From positions 1 to 44,685 of the forward strand of contig JBAXPC010000001.1 of the NCBI GenBank assembly GCA_037132395.1: DNA of 44,685 nucleotides, written 5' to 3'. The notes beneath the pieces were generated by a model, which worked only from the letters and a program-made list of their open reading frames with translations, was not told the DNA's origin and did no database searches. Position numbers and translations under genes: made by a program. This DNA comes from a bacterium (GTDB taxonomy: Bacteria; Patescibacteriota; Saccharimonadia; CAILAD01; BJGX01). Below are positions 42,426 through 44,685 of the stretch, one piece after another. Numbering within the stretch: position 1 is the stretch's first letter; each line of letters starts with the position of its first letter.

Positions 42426-43148
42426 TTAATTTTTAGGTCGCAGGTACTGATCCCAATAGTGAAATAGTTTCGAGGTAGCAAAAAGATCTTCGGCATTATA
42501 CTTGGCGATATCTAGGTATTTGCCAGCGGCATAGGCTGGGCCAACATCGCTGCCGTCCATACCAGACTCCTTGGGGCTCTGGATGCCAAAGGCTCGGCAC
42601 CAACGGTGCAGGCTGCCTTTAAACATCGCTCCACCGTAGAAAGTTAGTAGGTCGAATAAATCGTGATGGGTAGCTCCTCTGAAACCAGATGAGTTGTAGC
42701 GGTTACTGACTAAATCCTTGCTGGGTCGAATACCATGTACGGCTGAGCGAATCATCATATAGGGTACGTCGGCTCGGCGCCCAAAAAAACTAATAAACTC
42801 GTCGGTGATCTCGGCAATTCCCCAAAACTTCGTTAGCATCTCGGCCTCGTTCATTGCGACATATTTAATGCCCCGCTCTTCAAAATCGTCGGCCTTGGCG
42901 CCGCCGTTGTCGTAATAAACAGCGCCTTTTTCGTCATCGACATCGTATACTCCAATAGCAACAATCTTGCCGGTTAGTGGGCTAAAAACCAGATTGTTCT
43001 TGATGTCTTCTAGGGTTCGCTCGTAGCCCGACGGATCTTTCTTTTTGTCGGGTAGTTTTTTGCTAAGATCTTTTTTGGTGGCGGCATCGAATTTATCGAA
43101 GTCCTCACCGACCATTTCAATATCAAATACTAATCGTTTTTTATTCAT
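42426..43148 (-). CDS. Predicted 3'-5' exonuclease related to the PolB exonuclease domain (RNase H-like fold)
   Basis: LVFDIEMVG (Exo I-like), FFGRRADVPYMMIRS, HHDLFDLL, YNAEDLFATSKL. TGaTATAAT (43164-43156) lies 7 nt upstream of the ATG, with no SD. Confidence 0.7.
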   Translation of the reverse strand: MNKKRLVFDIEMVGEDFDKFDAATKKDLSKKLPDKKKDPSGYERTLEDIKNNLVFSPLTGKIVAIGVYDVDDEKGAVYYDNGGAKADDFEERGIKYVAMNEAEMLTKFWGIAEITDEFISFFGRRADVPYMMIRSAVHGIRPSKDLVSNRYNSSGFRGATHHDLFDLLTFYGGAMFKGSLHRWCRAFGIQSPKESGMDGSDVGPAYAAGKYLDIAKYNAEDLFATSKLFHYWDQYLRPKN

Positions 43149-43181
43149 AGGGGATATTATATCATAGCTGACCGGACTAGC

Positions 43182-44399
43182 TTAGCCCGCAATGAAAGTC
43201 AGGGCCTTGCCAGATTTGCCGGCTCGACCGGTACGGCCAATGCGGTGAATGTAGTCTTCGTAGTTGTTAGGCTGATCGAAGTTGATGACATGGCTAACAT
43301 TAGGGATGTCGAGGCCTCTGGCTGCAACATCTGTTGCTACCAAAATACCAACCTTACCATCTTTAAAAGATTTCAGCGCGCGTTGGCGTTGGGGCTGGCT
43401 CTTGTTGCCATGAATAGCTTCTGCTGGCAAGCCGGCCTTAGTAAGGCTATCGGCTAGCTTTTGAACACCAAATTTGGTTTCGCCAAACACCAAAACTTTA
43501 TCGAAGTCTTCGGTGCGGAGTAGATCGTTTAAGATCTGTATTTTGGCTTCTTTGGAGCTGGCTCGGACTACATCTTGCTCGATGTGTTCGCTAGTTTCGC
43601 GAGTACGAACCGAGATTGTAACTGGGTCTTTAAGCATTGAGTCGAGCAAATACTGGATTTGCGGAGTAATTGTGGCACTAAAGCACAGCGACTGGCGCTC
43701 ATTAGGCAGCTCGGCCAATATTTCTTTAATGTCAGGCAAAAATCCCATATCGAGCATGCGATCGGCCTCGTCGAGCACCAAAGTGGTTACAAATTGCAGC
43801 TTGAGCTCGCGTTTTTGCATTAGATCTTTTAGTCGGCCTGGTGTACCAATAATGAACTGTGGGCGACGGCGTAAGTCGCGGATTTGCTTTTGCATATTAA
43901 CTCCACCAACACATAGTGCCGAGTAAAGATTAAGGTTTGTAGCAAAAGATTTGAACTCTTCGTCGATTTGCATCGCTAGCTCTCGGGTCGGTGCCATAAT
44001 AAGCACGGCCTTTTGGCCAGGATTTGTTTTTAGTCGATTAATAATAGGTAGTACAAAAGCGGCAGTTTTGCCGGTACCGGTATTGGCTAGGCCAATTACA
44101 TCTCGGCCTTCGAGGATTGGCTTAATAGCTCCGTCCTGAATAGCGGTTGGGTACTCGTGGCCTTTTTTGGTGATATTGGCCTGCAAATCGGCTACAAAGC
44201 CGAAGTCGCTAAATTTGTGAACTGGCACAAACTCAACCCTGTCGATCTGCTCGACTGCTTTATTGATGTATTTAGTGGGGTCAATGTAAGCCTTACCCCG
44301 GTTGTTTCTGCGGTTATTGCCTCGGTTATTTGAGCCAAAGGACCGCGATTGGTTTCCGCCTCGTCTAGAACGAGAAGCAGAAAAAGATTTATATGTCAT
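43182..44399 (-). CDS. DEAD-box ATP-dependent RNA helicase with an Arg/Asn/Gly-rich N-terminal extension
   Basis: Q-motif region PTAIQ, ANTGTGKTAAF, VLDEADRMLD, SAT, HRIGRTGRAG. Start at ATG 44399 (GAAAGG SD) rather than the track start at 44513. Confidence 0.9.
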   Translation of the reverse strand: MTYKSFSASRSRRGGNQSRSFGSNNRGNNRRNNRGKAYIDPTKYINKAVEQIDRVEFVPVHKFSDFGFVADLQANITKKGHEYPTAIQDGAIKPILEGRDVIGLANTGTGKTAAFVLPIINRLKTNPGQKAVLIMAPTRELAMQIDEEFKSFATNLNLYSALCVGGVNMQKQIRDLRRRPQFIIGTPGRLKDLMQKRELKLQFVTTLVLDEADRMLDMGFLPDIKEILAELPNERQSLCFSATITPQIQYLLDSMLKDPVTISVRTRETSEHIEQDVVRASSKEAKIQILNDLLRTEDFDKVLVFGETKFGVQKLADSLTKAGLPAEAIHGNKSQPQRQRALKSFKDGKVGILVATDVAARGLDIPNVSHVINFDQPNNYEDYIHRIGRTGRAGKSGKALTFIAG

Positions 44400-44556
44400 G
44401 AATACCTTTCTGTTCAATGGATGAACAGCGAAGTAATAGTTAGAACTATATCGGTATTCATCATTATCTTTAATTGGTGATACAATAATAACATAAGTTA
44501 TATATAGTGTCAATCATATTATTTTGCCAAGCGTGATCAACCACAAGCTTTAGCAA

Positions 44557-44585
44557 TTGAAATATACAGCATTTTTTGCTATGCT
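44557..44585 (+). promoter_or_regulatory. Candidate tRNA promoter
   Basis: TTGAAA, 17 nt, TATGCT, with TG one base upstream of the hexamer (TGcTATGCT). Confidence 0.4.
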
Positions 44586-44608
44586 TATCAGGTTAGCAGA
44601 GCTAACAA

Positions 44609-44683
44609 TGGGGCGTCGCCAAGTGGTAAGGCAACGGTTTTTGGTACCGTCATACGCAGGTTCGAACCCTGCCGCCCCAGCCA
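44609..44683 (+). tRNA. tRNA-Gln (anticodon UUG) with encoded CCA
   Basis: Cloverleaf: acceptor TGGGGCG/CGCCCCA; D-arm region TCGCCAAGTGGTAAGGCA; anticodon stem ACGGT/ACCGT with loop TT-TTG-GT; T-arm GCAGG-TTCGAAC-CCTGC; discriminator G plus CCA. Closely parallels the E. coli tRNA-Gln layout as I remember it. Confidence 0.9.
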
Positions 44684-44685
44684 AT

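Noticed and set aside
193-44139. The many antisense or shadow ORFs in the supplied track. Examples: 5742..6416(-), 6640..7155(-), 17685..18128(-), 22028..22348(-), 27355..27855(-), 28539..28973(+), 33050..33508(+), 35060..35554(+), 40497..40923, 43474..43926(+).
   Set aside because: Each lies wholly inside, and antisense or out of frame to, a CDS with strong family motifs. They lack SD sequences and have skewed Ser/Leu/Arg-rich compositions typical of shadow frames.
44400-44513. The N-terminal extension of the DEAD-box helicase ORF (MTLYITYVIIVSPIK...).
   Set aside because: The extension is AT-rich, promoter-like sequence. ATG 44399 has a GAAAGG SD and begins the Arg/Gly/Asn-rich tail typical of such helicases.
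1-44685. Alternative genetic code (UGA recoding, as in some CPR lineages).
   Set aside because: Conserved genes end at UGA where homologs end, for example the ATPase at 5075-5077 and murG at 28996-28998. No conserved protein requires read-through of UGA.

Overview
This is a 44.7-kb, gene-dense bacterial chromosomal segment with about 50 CDS and one tRNA. It uses the standard code, since UGA serves as a stop, for example at 5075-5077. I saw no rRNA, CRISPR array, transposase, integrase or prophage genes.

Gene content, left to right:
- a 5'-truncated DUF2779-type nuclease and three small orphan genes
- an exported bactofilin-like beta-helix membrane protein, divergent from a MacB/FtsX-type ABC exporter
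- a DrrAB-type ABC-2 exporter
- an unannotated trio of mini membrane proteins
- a COG0523 metallochaperone GTPase, divergent from an FNR-like reductase
- a PAS histidine kinase with an output-less response regulator
- aspS-scpA-scpB-pseudouridine synthase-DD-carboxypeptidase-der-pth
- dprA, topA, a sigma-region-4/HARE-HTH protein and a membrane-anchored TraD/VirD4-like ATPase
- on the minus strand, a compact dcw cluster: mraZ-rsmH-ftsL-ftsI-mraY-ftsW-murG-ftsQ
- a VIT1-like transporter, glyQS, recO, a receiver protein with a degenerate kinase-like partner, two peroxiredoxins, a methyltransferase, a PolB-like exonuclease, a DEAD-box helicase and tRNA-Gln(UUG)

Shortened housekeeping proteins, the stripped-down dcw cluster and single-domain regulators suggest a reduced-genome lineage such as Patescibacteria/CPR (Saccharibacteria-like). 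This is inference only.

The signals least explained by the annotation are:
- two orphan, highly structured RNA genes flanking dprA, each with a near-consensus promoter and an intrinsic terminator; neither matches any RNA family motif I can recall
- three translationally coupled paralogous single-pass mini-proteins
- a recurring (TGn)TATAAT-N6/7-start-codon architecture implying frequent leaderless mRNAs
- a GTGGGTA repeat array (MraZ-box-like) around the mraZ promoter
- a tandem duplication of the rsmH 3' end that forms a 21-codon ORF with its own Shine-Dalgarno (SD) sequence
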